A DNA stretch of 64,000 bases from Negaprion brevirostris (GCA_030324005.1 JARDVH010000149.1:7186361-7250360); one strand, 5' to 3'; positions 12,763-26,504 are shown, counted from the first letter of the stretch. Notes: a model not told the origin generated them from the letters alone. Numbers and translations are program-made.

Positions 12763-15700
12763 CATAAACTTGATTTAGTCTACACTTGTGTAGTTGAATA
12801 TTTTGGGTTACATTTGGGAGATAAAAATTTGGGTGGTTGGTCAAGTATTGTAAGCTGGATCCAGCTGAAATGGGAATTCTAAATAAAGGATGAGTGGTGA
12901 ATTTGTACTTTACAGGCTCTTCATTACGGCTTGAATGTTTTGGGTGTCAAATATCTGTTCTGGCTGGGGGCAGACTGAATACTTTTTTGAAAGCTAATGA
13001 CCTTCAAAACATTGACCATTGAAGGGTTGATAACGATTATGTGTGGATACCTGATTCAAGGCATTGTACTTTATAGTAGGTAAATGATGTCATTAGGAGA
13101 GCTTTCTTTGAGGGAGAGCTTTGGTTTATATATTAAAGGCTGGAGCAGGAAATGGTACTTTCCACGGTCTTAAGAAACCTTTTGTACAGTACAGTTGTAA
13201 GATTTCACAATTTATATGCTGGACGTTACTCCTCTTAGGAAAAATGTGTTGATGTGTGCCAATCTCAGCAGGCTCTGTGGCACCAATGTGTCTATACCAA
13301 GGACTTTCGTTTCTGTTTTTACTGCTGTAAATTTTGTATGTAAGCAGTATTTCAAGAAATTTTACTTTATCTTGCTATTTTAGAGAGGCTACTTTTTTGA
13401 AAACTCATGACTTCAATGTTCGAAGAGGAACCATGTACTTTGCAAAAGACCTGAGAATTTCTGGTCATTCAGCGTAGATCATACCTGCAGGAAGGTGCGA
13501 TAGTACAGCGTTTTTTCCCCAAACCCAATCCTGTAAGTTGTTTGCTTTCAGTATGTAATAACTTGATAGAGACACAATTTGGTATTGTTATGTATGCATT
13601 AAAAATGCATGATGGAACTCTTACAGGCATTGTGCTGCATTCCTGGTATCAAGGCTGAAACCTGAAGTGCAGAAAGAAAGAACTTACATTTATATAGCAC
13701 CTTTCATGACTTTAGTTGGGTGGGGGTGCTGGGAAGGAATCATCAATCCATACCATGAAATGAACAATGTCACTGTGACCTTTTAGTCCCCAAACTATTT
13801 ACAGCCTGTGAAATTACACTTTGTGTTGGCACTTTGCAATTTAGCATTAATTGGTGTATTTTCTTAAACTTGGTTTGTGTAAAACTATTGGTTTTGGCCA
13901 GCAGATAGAATTTAAAAATTAACACCAATAATTCATGCATTAATAAAACCCAGTGAATAACTTTGAGAATGTTATTGGTTCTGTTTGCAATTATAAGGTC
14001 GTTTTTAGGAGAACTCTAGTCATTATAAATGCAGAATTGAGGTTGTACTTCGTTAGAATATTTTGGTAATTCTTCATCCAGTTCAAATATCGTACTTCTG
14101 CAAATTTGGCACTGAATGACATCTTTAAATCGGAAATGTGCAATATTAAATGTATGCATTGATTAAAATTTAGGCAAGTAATCTATTTTTAGGATCTAGC
14201 TTTTATGCCTTGTCTCAAGTCTATTTAATTTGCCTCACTGGGCAATCGGGGTGAAGTCTACTTTTAATTCACAGTTACTTAATTCATACTCTGATCATAT
14301 TTTTGTTTAGCTATGGTTTCCTTATTCTCTTTGAGTTGAATGGTTCCAGTTTTCTCTTGCAAAAATGACTTGGAATTCCCAGGAGTAGATGTAGCTGAGC
14401 TGTGGTTATTAACTGTGGAAACTACGTCCATATCATTGAGATTGAAGTGAAACATTATACTGACCGTGTATCGACTTGAGCTCTGAGAAAGATCTAGCTG
14501 TGGAATTAAATTACACCTTTTATACGTTCAAAGTTTGAGATGCATCTCCAGACAATACTTAGATGTGTCTGTCACTAGAGTGATGGCCTGGTGGTTACTT
14601 GTTTGCTGGTGGTGGTAGGAACAATGAGTTGTTGAACTGAGCTTTGCATAGAAGTGTTTGGTGTGATTGCTATTTTATTTTAAGAATGAGCACTAGAGTG
14701 TATATAAAAGCTCTTCATATTCATTTCTTTCAATGCTGGTTCCCATTGAGTTTGGCCTACTTAAGAGTCAGTAGGATTTCACTATGTGGGAATGGGAAGA
14801 TGATTCTGCCTCTTGAGTGACACCTGTCTTATTTGGGACCCAACTATGCCAATTCCATCTATATTCAGTACTAGAATGTGCTCACTAATATGTCCTCTTA
14901 ACCTTTTGGACACTTTTTTGTCTGTGTCGATTAGAATAAAAAGTGCAGGGAATCATGCAGCTTTTAAGAAATATTAGTTCTTAAATTGAATCATAAACAA
15001 TGCAAATATGGAATGTGAATCATAAACTGCATAATACAGATTTTCAACTAAATTCCAATTACTCAATCTCAATTTTACAAATAATTTAGTGAATAGTAGG
15101 CAAATTGTATTCCATTCCTAGACAGGTTCACTAGATGACTGCCTCCCCACCCCTGACCACCACCAACAATATGGATCCTCCATGTTCTTTGATCTTTAAA
15201 GGGGGCTTGTTTGTTCTAAATTTGATGCCAGAGACTTTTGCTACGATAATTATAGCAGTCTTTAGATTAATACACTTTTGAATGCATTCACTCCCTTGGG
15301 TTAGGAGGCTTCCTCTTTGTAGTTCAGCATTAATCTGGTCAGGGCTGATAGGAGAAGAATCTGGTGCCAGTGCTGTATTAGCTAAGGAGAATAATGGTTT
15401 GAATCTCCAGAAAGCTTTTGAAGGGCAATAGTTTGCATAATTTCCAGAGGGGTAGTCTAACTCAGCTGTAAAATATATTCTATCACCACTTGGCAGCTCC
15501 AACATAACACTTTTGAGGATAATACTTGATAACCAATTTTGAAATGAAGTATAGATTGTAGGAAAGAGGCTGAATGAAGATCTGCAGTTAATGCACTTTT
15601 ATTAAAAATAAAGATTGTGTAGCAGTATGTTGAAATTAAAATGGGTGCACTCATCTCCTGCACTCTTTAGTTTCAGGATCTTTGTCGTGTAAAATTTGTT

Positions 15701-17070
15701 GCTATCTCGATCTTCGCTCTTTTGTATAAGCTACAGGCTTCAAAATATTCATCTGTCACTTGATTTATCTCCACACATGACTCTTTTTAGCTGTGGTGGT
15801 GCTTTGGACCTTTGCCTAAGTTTATAATTTAGAGAAAGTGCTTAGTTCAGGAATAATTGTGTGATTTGTTTGAGTTTTTCTTCATGCAAACATTGGGCCA
15901 TAGCTGAGCATGGAGGTTGGCACAGTGCCAGCTTCTGTACCTATTCTATTGAAGGCAAACCTGCTAACTGCAGCTCTTTGATTTTAAAATTTAATTACAG
16001 CCTTTTATACAGAGTGCATTTGTAGGGCATTGCATCCAAAAATTATATGTACTCTCCCTCAGCCTCAGTATGTGGATGCCATTACCTCTATTAGCGTACA
16101 ATGTTGTTTTAAGATTAGTTCAGATAATGACCCTGTCCAGGTCACTAAACTGAAATGCAGATATTTAGTTTTTTGGTACAGATGTCGGTTTGGTTTTGTT
16201 TAAATTGCTAATTTATGTAATCAAATCACTGAAGTAAATTATCAAGTTTGTTTCAGCAGCCATCTTTAGTCTCTTACCCAGTGAGTGCACATCTATGTAA
16301 GTAATCCTTTTGGCAATCTGATTTGACTTTAATCCAGATCTAATTATTTAAATTTACTCATAAAGGTGCCTCTAATGTTTTTAAATGTTCACATGATTTT
16401 CCTCTGGGTGTCTTCTCTAGCATTTAGTTTTTGGTGCATTTTGCTGTATTTTCCCTGAGGTACAAGGCTTAGGGCTTTGCTGCACTGTGTTGCTTTCTGT
16501 GAAATTGTCAATTGTTGGATTTTTAGCTAATTTCTTTCAGCTGATTTATTTTCTTTTCTAGTTTAAAGTTTGATCTAGTCACAGGCATGTGCACTGATTA
16601 CATCATATAAAAGCTTTTTATTTTGTCATTACCTCAAATTCTCATTTTTATTTGGTGTTTTTAGTTTGGTTTTTTTTCTCATTTTAAATACAAGAGCGTA
16701 CATGTTTATCTTTAGCCTTGACTGTAGTGTTCATTTGTGTGTAATTCCATCAATTGGCATGCTAGATTAAACAGGCTGGAAATCTTTTTTTTTGGTGCTA
16801 TGAAATTGTCCTTTAAATAAAAAAACTTGCATTCATATTGGTGCTTCTGATATCATTAATGAAACACTTTTGAAGTGTAATCATGGTTGTTGCAGGGGAA
16901 TGTTTCTTGAGTGCACATTTTCAGTTGGAGTCAAATAATTTCCTGTTACTGCACCCTGTATGTGATCGACTTAGTCCATCTCTGACCTGGTCTCCACATA
17001 TTTGGGAGTCCTGTGAAATATATAGAATCATCGAATCGCTACTTTGTACAACATACCTTCACTGAAAGAC

Positions 17071-17244
17071 AGTAAGAAGTCTCTCAACAACATGTTGAAG
17101 TCCAACAAGTTTATTTGGTATCACGAGTTTTGGAGTGCTCCGAAAGCTCATGATACCAAATAAACCTGTTGGACTTCAACCTGTTGTTGTGAGACTTCTT
17201 AGTGCACCCACCCCAGTCTAATGCCAGCATTTCCACATCATGGC
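17071..17244 (+). mobile_element. Hairpin mini-element (Penelope-like derivative) with ~64-bp inverted arms
   Basis: 17073-17135 is the near-perfect reverse complement of 17138-17201; 3' tail ccagtctaatgccagcatttccacatcat shared with copies at 25194 and 51426. Confidence 0.75.
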
Positions 17245-17613
17245 TTTCATTTGAGGACAGTGACTGTTTTATATTTCAGACTCTTTTTCCCATGGCTCTC
17301 CCTCAGATTACTGCTATTTTATTCTGTAGAGTTTGAGATTTGCTAATCTTTCATAGCAAATCATGTCTGAGATTAATCTTATTATAAAACTGTCACCAGC
17401 AAGACATATGGTTTAGTACATTTTGCCTTGTGTGACCTAGGAACAATGCTCAGTGGCCTGCTGGAATGACGAGTTTAAAGCACACTTAGCTGTTTTGGAA
17501 AATATATCGTTCANNNNNNNNNNNNNNNNNNNNNNNNNNNNNNNNNNNNNNNNNNNNNNNNNNNNNNNNNNNNNNNNNNNNNNNNNNNNNNNNNNNNNNN
17601 NNNNNNNNNNNNN

Positions 17614-17700
17614 CCATTCAATAAGATCATGGCTGATCTGAAGTGGATCAGTTCCACTTTCCTCCTTTCTCCCCATAACCCTTAATTCCCTTGTCTATCA
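17614..17700 (-). mobile_element. CR1 3'UTR fragment next to a gap
   Basis: ccattcaataagatcatggctgatctg..ccccataacccttaattccc. Confidence 0.75.
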
Positions 17701-18120
17701 CAGAGGAGATGTTGGAGAAACTTGGTTTGTGCTCACTGGAGCGACAGTGGTTGAGGAGTGACCTGACAGAAGTCTACAAGATTGGGAGGCGTGGACAGAG
17801 TGGATTGTCAGAAGCTTTTTCCCAGGGTGGAAGAATCACTTACTAGGGGGCATAGGTTTAAGGTGCGAGGGGCATGGCTTAAAGGTGATACATGAGGCAG
17901 ATTTTTTTTATACAGGTGGATGCCTGGAACTCCTTGCCGGGGAGGTAATGGAAGCAGATATGATAGTGACTTTTAAGGGGCTTCTTGACAATTACATGAA
18001 TAGGATGGGAATAGAGGGATATGGTCCCTGGAAGGATAGGGTGTTTTAGTTAAGTCAGGTAGCATGATCGGTGCAGGCTTGGAGGGCTGAAGGGCGTGTT
18101 CTTGCACTGTATTTTTCTTT
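17701..18120 (+). mobile_element. CR1 LINE 3' fragment
   Basis: LEKLGLCSLERQWLRSDLTEVYKI; tail gcaggcttggagggctgaagggc. Confidence 0.85.
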
Positions 18121-19059
18121 GGCCCAACACCTCTAGAACAAAGAACAATGGGGCCGTCTCATGCAGCTGGGCTGGATGGTATTGGGAGGGGGATTGGGAT
18201 GGTTAGTCACGGTGTGGTGGGTGCTAGATCAGGGAGGTGCCCCATTTGGGGTTTAAAATAATTACACTTAAGTTAGAAGTGCTTTTATTTTTTCCCTAAA
18301 TCTTTGGGTAACTATTTGCATGACACTGGCAGAGCCATCTGAAGTTAGTGATTTTAAATTGCTTTGTCTAATGATTTTGAACACAATCGTTTGGAGGAAG
18401 TAGGACTTCTGGACAATTGCTGCTCAAACCCTTACCTGGGAAATTCTGCGAGGGATTCCAGAGTGCCGCCCCAATCTGGTACTGGGGAGCCAGGAACTTA
18501 GGGGCCAATCTGGCCAACTTAAAGTACAAATGCATTTCAACCATCCTCATTCCCCTCATTGTACCCCTTGATTGGTCCTTTCACCAAAAATAATTTCAGC
18601 TATCTCATGCATTTGCCAGCACTACCCATTTGGCTGCTGGAAGTGCAACACGTTCTTATTTGAAAATTACTTGATTCAGAAATTTTGAACATTTTTTTCA
18701 AGCATTGGATTCCCACTTTGAAATGTTCTTTTATTTGTATCATTAAAAATAATTGGATAATCCAAAGTTAACAGCACCAAAAATCTGAGGATGTAGATTG
18801 GTTAATTCTAAATTGCCAACTTTTCTTCGAATGAGCTTTAGCCTATGTTCTTAAGGTATGTCAAACCAGTTTCTCTGTAGCTTTCAGCAACTTGAGCTGC
18901 CCTTTCTCAAAATGTAACCAATCCACTTAAATCTCGGCTCATTGCTCGGGCATCTAATCCTTTACATGGCTTTAACTGTTTCCTCTGCCCCTTTCCTAGC
19001 TGGATGCCCACATTGTCTGGACTTGCATGTCATTCTGTAGCTGAATGCAAATCCTATAT

Positions 19060-19430
19060 AAATGCAAATTTTTAAAAATGCTTTTCACAACCATCAGACA
19101 TTTCAAGGAAGTATGGTTACTATTGTAATAAAGACAATACAGTAACCAACGTGCACTTGGCAAGCTCCCAAAAAACTGCAAATATGGTGATGACTAGATT
19201 ATTTTTGTGTAAGATGTTGATTTGAGGGATAAATGTTGGCCAAGGCAGTATAATCCTTTGGGATTTTTCACCTCCGCCTGAGAAGACAAATGGGACTTTG
19301 GTTTGATCTCTCATCTGTAGGGTTTGCCTCTAACAGTACAACATTTCTTTCAGTACTGTACTAAATTTTTGTGCCCAGCCTCGAGTGACAGTTGAACCTA
19401 GAATCTTGTGGTTCCACTGAGCTACGGCTA
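19060..19430 (-). mobile_element. Deu-domain SINE
   Basis: tgagggataaatgttggccaagg, tgggatttttcac, cagtactgtact, ccactgagctacggct: reverse complement of the family at 10752. Confidence 0.75.
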
Positions 19431-19444
19431 ATGCGGCTGTATTT

Positions 19445-19730
19445 TGTTTTATTCATTTTGTGGAATGTGGACGTTGCTGCCTAGGCCAGCCTTTTATTGC
19501 TTGATGAACTGCTTTCATGAATCCTTTCAGTCCCCTGTGGTCTAGTACACCCTCAGAGCTGTTAGTGAGGGGTTTTCAGGAATTTGACCTAGCGAAAGTA
19601 AAGCAACAGCAATATATTTCCAAGTCGGTGTGATGAGTGGCTTGGAGGGTAACTTCCAGTAGTGGTGTTCCGTGTTTCTGTTATCCTTGTCCTTCTAGAT
19701 GGTACTGGTCATGGATTGGAAGGTGCAGTC
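19445..19730 (-). mobile_element. CR1-like LINE 3' tail (family of 2045-2465)
   Basis: tggaatgtggacgttgct..ggccagc; ctgttagtgagggg..caggaatttgacctagcg..atatttccaagtc. Confidence 0.7.
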
Positions 19731-20774
19731 TAATTACGTTGGTGCTTATGCCTTGTCCCCTCAGGCCCAATACCCTAAGATCTTTTTTCCCCATCTCTGC
19801 TGAAGTTATTTACCCATATCTTTCATTCCTTAACTGTGGTGTGATGTACCCTGTAGTTCACCAGCATTTGCCTTGTATTTTTGCCGCTTGTCTTTTCTGT
19901 GCACTCTTAAAGAACTACCACCACGTGTCAGCCTAAGCTATTTAGATTCCTCTCTTTGACTTCTGACCTGGAAAGGTGGAGCTAGAAATAATGTTTTCAT
20001 TGTTCTAAAACAGTGTACTCTTGAAGAATGCCGCAGGGTATCTATTAGTATGTGTTAAATATTGCAATTGATGCACTGCTGTGAATATAGAGAAACCTTA
20101 AGATTAGTTGACAGATTATTAACACAGCAGTGCAGTTCCTAGGCATCCACTAATCTGATATTTGTGAGCAGAAGACTTTTTTCCCTAGATCTGGGAGCTG
20201 TATGCCCATGACTGCAGTGTCCACAAACATCTCAAAATGTGTTAAGGATTTATTAATTTTGAATATGATGGAAATTACAGTGTAATTGCATAAAATGGAG
20301 CTTTGTGCTTGGTGTGGTGGCTGCTGAATAAAGAAGCATAAAATTTCCCTGTGAAATTGGCTATGAATAAGAAAAATCTCTTCATCATGCCAATTCTTCC
20401 ACTTGACTTCTTGCCTCCTGCTAAAATGGCAGGGTTTTGCCAGGTGGAGCACAGAGGATTGAAAAATACTGCTTTTTATAGATTTCATGTTATGGTTTCA
20501 GTTAAATAGTCCCAATTATATGGTGTCCAACCAGAGGCAGGGAGAGATGAATGATGATTTTAAATTGAGTTTTTGCTTAATTGACCAGGTGTCTGAATCG
20601 TGGGCTCACAAACAATGTCCAAGAAATAGACTTCCAATAGTGATGGAAAGATACAGTATTTTGACTCTTTCATTACAAAAGTTTTTAAGACATTCCTTTT
20701 CCATTTAATGAGATTAGCTTTCAGTACTTGTCTTTGAACTTCAGAGTTGTCTCAACACTATTTAATTAATTTGA

Positions 20775-22760
20775 AAAAGACTAATTACTGCAAATGCTGT
20801 ATGTGAAGTATTAGCAGAAAATGATGGAGAACCACAACAAGTCAAGCAACGTCTGAGAGAAGCAGGTACCTGTAACACATCTGGTGTGTGAATATTTGTC
20901 TGAACTGGAACATGAAACAAATACAGAATTGGAGAAAGGAGAGAGAATGAAGAAAGATCAAAATGGAAGTTGCATAACAGGGTGGAAGGCAGAATTAATT
21001 TAACAAACAAAATGGTTACCAGCCTCTGCATCTGGAAAAATGAGAGCAGTGGGTTCTGATCTGAAATCGTCGGAACTTAATGTTTTAGTTCAAAAGGTTG
21101 TTATGCACCTAATTCAACACATGAGCTGTGTATTCCATTGAGCAATGTGGGAAGAGTGTAGGAAGCAGATGACAGCAAGGCCAAAGTAGAAAAGTGTTAA
21201 AACTGTTAGCAAGTGGAAGCTCAGGAGCATGGTTGCAGACTGAAAGGAAGTGTTCAGCAATGCAATCACTTAAGCTGTTTTGTTTTCCGAACGTTGAGGC
21301 TGTAATGTGAGCAGTGACTGCAGTACACAGAGCTGAAAGAGGTACATTGTTTCACTGAGGAGAAAAGACACTTTGGGTGGTGCTTGATTGGTAAGGGGTT
21401 GGGCTCTTGGAGCGAATGGAAAAGTGGCCAAGTGTTGAAGGGGGTTGGTCATTTTGGAATTTTGAAAGGGAAGGGCAGGGATGTGAAAATCCAAATTAGG
21501 AGCAAGAGTAGGCCATTTGACCCCTTCAGCCTGCTCCACCATTCATCTTTAACCATTCCTCCACCTTAACACACCTTTCCTATCTACCTGCTACCCTTTT
21601 GACTCCCTTGTTAATCAAAAATCTATTTAACTTTGCTTTAAAAATATTCAATGATGCAGCCCTTACCACTCTGAGGATAAGGGTTTCACAAAGTCATGGC
21701 CATCAAGATGCTAGCCTCCATTTTAAGTGGGAGATCCCTTATTTTTAAACTTTGCCTCTAGTTTAGATGTGAAAGTAAGTATTTTAAAGAGAATAAAGAA
21801 TGTTTTTGGGGCTGATCAGNNNNNNNNNNNNNNNNNNNNNNNNNNNNNNNNNNNNNNNNNNNNNNNNNNNNNNNNNNNNNNNNNNNNNNNNNNNNNNNNN
21901 NNNNNNNNNNNNNNNNNNNNNNNNNNNNNNNNNNNNNNNNNNNNNNNNNNNNNNNNNNNNNNNNNNNNNNNNNNNNNNNNNNNNNNNNNNNNNNNNNNNN
22001 NNNNNNNNNNNNNNNNNNNNNNNNNNNNNNNNNNNNNNNNNNNNNNNNNNNNNNNNNNNNNNNNNNNNNNNNNNNNNNNNNNNNNNNNNNNNNNNNNNNN
22101 NNNNNNNNNNNNNNNNNNNNNNNNNNNNNNNNNNNNNNNNNNNNNNNNNNNNNNNNNNNNNNNNNNNNNNNNNNNNNNNNNNNNNNNNNNNNNNNNNNNN
22201 NNNNNNNNNNNNNNNNNNNNNNNNNNNNNNNNNNNNNNNNNNNNNNNNNNNNNNNNNNNNNNNNNNNNNNNNNNNNNNNNNNNNNNNNNNNNNNNNNNNN
22301 NNNNNNNNNNNNNNNNNNNNNNNNNNNNNNNNNNNNNNNNNNNNNNNNNNNNNNNNNNNNNNNNNNNNNNNNNNNNNNNNNNNNNNNNNNNNNNNNNNNN
22401 NNNNNNNNNNNNNNNNNNNNNNNNNNNNNNNNNNNNNNNNNNNNNNNNNNNNNNNNNNNNNNNNNNNNNNNNNNNNNNNNNNNNNNNNNNNNNNNNNNNN
22501 NNNNNNCAGAAAGGCAGAGTATGAATTGCTGAATGTGAGGGCTAGTGGGGTGGAAGGTGAGGATAGGGGAAGGTTGTTCTGGGTTAGAGGTGGGTGGGCA
22601 AAGGTTGAAGTGAGAAATTGGACACTCAGATCCACAAGCTGTGATACAAGGAAGTGCTCTGTTATGGTAAAAGGAACACATCCGAAGAACTGATGTGAAG
22701 CTTAAAATTATCAGAATGTATGCTACAGAGAAACTGAAGAATGGAATAGAGGCTATATGG
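20775..22760 (-). mobile_element. Penelope-like element relic (GIY-YIG region), with a CR1 tail inserted at ~21495-21770 and a gap at 21820-22506
   Basis: Broken minus-strand translation VKQCTSFSSVYCSHCSH..KTK..DCIAEHFLSVCNHAPELPLANSFN; PILTFHPTSPHIQQ after the gap. Confidence 0.7.
21495..21770 (-). mobile_element. CR1 3' tail
   Basis: taggagcaagagtaggccatt..agcctgctccaccattca..ttaatcaaaaatctat. Confidence 0.75.
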
Positions 22761-22859
22761 ATGTTTTTTAAAGTAGAAACTGATCATCTTTCTTCCCCCT
22801 CCTCAGTCTAATATTCTCTAAACGATGTGAATTTATTAGTGTATGTGGTGTACTCGAGC

Positions 22860-23890
22860 ATTCCAAGGGGCTTCGCAGAAGCATTGCCAAATTTTGTGAT
22901 ATAGAGCCAGACAAAAAGATATTAGGGGAGATGACTGACAGCATTGCTAGTGAAATGTTTTAAGGAGTATCATAAAGGTTAGTATCATAATACCATCAAT
23001 TAATAGGTATTTTCCTTCAACGTTTTTGAGTCTGTCATAATCTTCTATTAAATTCCCCCTCAGTCTCTTTTCCTCCAAATAAGCAACCTCCAGCCTTTCC
23101 AGCTTAACCTTGTAACTGAAATTGTAAATTTGTAATCCGCATAGTTTGCCACTCCAAGTTTGATATCATCAAATTTTGAAATTTCACTTTATTCCAAGTT
23201 CCAAGTCATTCATGTGCAGGTGTAGCAAAATAATCAGCAGACCCAGCACTGACCTTTGGGATCACCACTGGCTGCCTCCCTCCAGTTCAGAAAAACAATT
23301 GACCATGACTTGTTGCCTTCTGTCCTTAAGCCAGTTTTTTAAATATTGAATCGGGTACTGACCTTATTCCGTAAGCCTTCACTTTGTTTATCGGCATTTT
23401 GTGATACCTTGTAAAATGCTTTCATAAAATCTGCAAGGACAACATCATTGCATTCACTTTATCATCCTCCTCTGTTACTTTATCAAAAATTGAGTTAAAT
23501 TAGTCAGTTCAGATCTGCCTTTTACAAATGTGCACTAGCATTGAATTAACTCAGACTTCTCCAAATGTTTGCCTTACCCATGACTGATTTTAAGCTAAAA
23601 GCTTAATTTGGAATTTGAAACAAGAATTGAGCGCACCTAGACTCAACGTCGGCTCTATTCTTACTCCACACATGCTGTCAGACCTGCTGAGATTTTCCAC
23701 CACTGATTTTAAGCTAATTGGCCCGTAGTTGCTTTTACCCTTTCTTTGAATAACAATTGCCAGATCTTGAAAGTTTGTAAGACTAGAGAAGGTTACAGAA
23801 TAGGGAAGGATGAGGCCATGGAGGGATCTGAAAAAGAGACGAGAATTATTAAAATCAAGGCATTTCTCAACCTGGAGGTTGACGTGCACG
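22860..23890 (-). mobile_element. L2 3' fragment (22860-22980 and 23765-23890) split by a degenerate CR1 fragment (~23020-23740)
   Basis: Both flanks match the L2 copy at 53040-53640 (ccaagg..cttc.cag.agcattg; ccatggagggat.t.aaaa..taaaatcaag); the middle has CR1 RT-like sequence. Confidence 0.55.
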
Positions 23891-24477
23891 GAATTGATGG
23901 GTGCTCTTTCACGCACTCTTAATTGAATGACTGTACACCAAGATCCTGCAGACAGCAATGATTAGCGAGAGCAGTTGGTGAATTTTTGGAGTTGAATGAA
24001 GGAGAAAACTTGATCAAAATATTGAGAAATTTCTGTTGTGAAATGTGCTGTTATCTTGCATCTACCTCCAGCCGCGATGAAGCACGTAGGGCTTCAGTTT
24101 AACTTGCAAGCCATGGGCCTTCCAACATTGAAGCACTGGACTGCGGTATCACTGGTCTCCTGCTGCTTAATATACCTTCTTATTCCATGTACACGTTGTG
24201 ATTTGTTTTGCAAATCAAAAAGCTTTCATCGAACAAAACAGGGTCGAAAAATATTCCTGTTTCTTGTGTCAGATCTGGTATTTTGGCTGGGCTCCAATTC
24301 CAGGAAGGTACAGTTGCAATGCTACTTCATTTCTCTGTTTGCACGATAAGTAGAGAAGAATAAGAGGCTTATCATTGTCTCATCATCCCACTTGATCTTA
24401 AGTGAACGTTGGACAAAGCATCTTTTGGGAAAGTCTGTTTAATTGTCAAGAAGCATCACAGGTGACTACTGTTAAGA

Positions 24478-25410
24478 AAATTTACAGCACTAGTCATGAA
24501 AGAGCTATTCAGCCTAATCCCACTTTCCAGCTCTTGATTTGTAGCCCTTTAGGACACTCATATCCAAGTATTTTCATGCAATAAAGAGTTTGTGCTTGTA
24601 ACCACTTGCAGGCAGAGTTCCAGAGTCCCCACATCTCTGGGTCAAAATCTTTCTTTTCAACACCCCTCTAACCCTTCTACCGATTACTTTAAATCGATAC
24701 CTCCTGGTTATCGATCTCTCTAAGGAAAATCGGGGTCTTTTCCTATCCACTCTATTTAGGCCACGCAGGATTTTATATACCTCAAGTAAATCATCCTTTG
24801 GCCATCTCTGATATAAAGTAAACACTCCACCCTACCAAATAATTCCTGATAATTAAAATTTTCCATTCTTAGCAACATCCTTGTGAATATCACCACAATT
24901 TTGGTATTCTTGTGTCCTCCTGTAAAATGGTAATGAGCTGTGTGTAGTATTCCAGCTATAATGTAACTTAATGTTTTATTCAATTCTAGCGTGAGTCCCG
25001 TGTTCTTGGAGATCCCTGGCTGATAAAGAAAGTAGCCCGTGTGCTGCCTTAACCATCTTCAGAGATCTATGGACATGCACTTCAAGGTCCTTCTGCTCAT
25101 TTACACTTCCTGGTATCTTGCCACTTATTGTGTATTTCCTCACTTTTTGTTGTTTCCCAGTGCATTACACTTCATTCTGGATTGAATTCCATTAGTAAGA
25201 AGTCTGACAACACCAGGTTTAAGTCCAACCGATTTATTTGATAGTAAACTCACATGCTTTTGAGGTTTCCCTCCAACGCTGGCATCTCCACATCTTGAAT
25301 TCCATTTGCAGCTCCTCTGCTCACCTTACCATTCCACTGGAATATTCCTGCTGTCCACAGCTTCCATTCTCATCATCACATATGTGATTAATTTTTGTTG
25401 TTCCTGCCTG
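24478..25410 (-). mobile_element. Degenerate CR1 LINE 3' fragment
   Basis: DLLEVYKILRGLNRVDR..RSITRRYRFKVIGRR; FTRMLLRMENFNYQE. Confidence 0.8.
25194..25294 (+). mobile_element. 101-bp mini-element of the 17071 family with a 12-bp TSD
   Basis: Flanked by a perfect ttgaattccatt at 25182-25193 and 25295-25306. Confidence 0.8.
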
Positions 25411-25470
25411 ATCCTACATTAGCGATGTTTTGCTGGTTTTATTAAGCTGTACATAATTGCTCTTGGAGTT

Positions 25471-26010
25471 GATTTGATTTATTATTAACGTATGTATTAA
25501 CATACAGTGAAAAGTATTGTTTCTTGTGCGCTCTACGGACAAAGCATACTGTACATAGAGATGGAAACAAGTGTGCAGAATGTAGTGTTAGTCATACCTA
25601 GGGTGTTGAGAACGGTCAACTTAATGGAAGGAAGGTCCATTCAAAAGTCTGGTGGCAGCAGGGAAGAAATTGTTCTTGAGTCAGTTGATACATTACCTCA
25701 GACTTTTGTATCTTTTTCCTGACAGAAGAAGGTGGAAAAGAGAATGTCCGGGGTGCGTGGGGTCCTTGACCATGCTGGCTGTTTTTCTGAGGCAGCGGGG
25801 AGTGTAGACAGAGTCAATGGATGGGAGGCTGGTTTGCGTGATGGACTGGGCTACGTTCACAACCCTTTGTAGTTTCTTGGGCAGAGCAGGAGCCATACTA
25901 AGCTGTGATACAATTGCATAGGATGCTTTCTATGGTGCATCTATAAAAGATGGTGAGAGTTGTAGCAGACATGCCAAATTTCCTTAGCCTCCTGTGAAAG
26001 TAGAGGTGTC
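25471..26010 (-). mobile_element. Rex1/Babar-type LINE 3' fragment
   Basis: KKLQRVVNVAQSITQTSLPSIDSVYTPRCLRKTASMVKDPTHPGHSLFHLLLSGKRYKSLR. Confidence 0.85.
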
Positions 26011-26089
26011 GGATTTGCAGATTGACACATTCAACCTGTTTGCCGCATTATGAAAGCATCTTCCTTGGCTATCAAGTCCTTTTAAGTTT

Positions 26090-26347
26090 AAAGTGTATTT
26101 ATTAGTGTTACAAGTAGGCTTACATTAACACTGCAATGAAGTTACTGTGAAACTCCCCTTGTTGTCACACTCTGGCACCTGTTTGGCTACAGTGAGGGAG
26201 AATTTAGCATGTCCAATGCATCTAACCAGCACGTCTTTCGGACTGTGGGAGGAAACCCATGCAGATTCCGCACAGACAGTGATCCAAGGCAAGAATCGTT
26301 CCCAGGCCCCTGGCACTGTGAGGCAGTAATGCTAACCACTGTGCCAT
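26090..26347 (-). mobile_element. V-SINE, tail B
   Basis: Reverse complement reads head/V-domain then ..cagtaacttcattgcagtgttaatgtaagcctacttgtaacactaataaat. Confidence 0.85.
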
Positions 26348-26504
26348 CCTGGGGTGGGCCTGAAAGGATGCTTTTTTTGGCACATCTTTAAAAATTGGTG
26401 AGAGTCGTAACGGACATGCTGAGTTTCCTTAGCTTCCTGAGCCACTGAGGCTAACAAAGCTGGGTTGGAAGTTTGCTGGGATCTGCAAGTTCTTTGATAT
26501 GATT

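Noticed and set aside
14580-14640. Possible C/D box snoRNA (gtgatgg...ctga)
   Set aside because: Imperfect C box and no convincing terminal stem
15131-15505. 124-aa minus-strand ORF in unique sequence
   Set aside because: No recognisable domain, non-ATG start, no splice support; length compatible with chance
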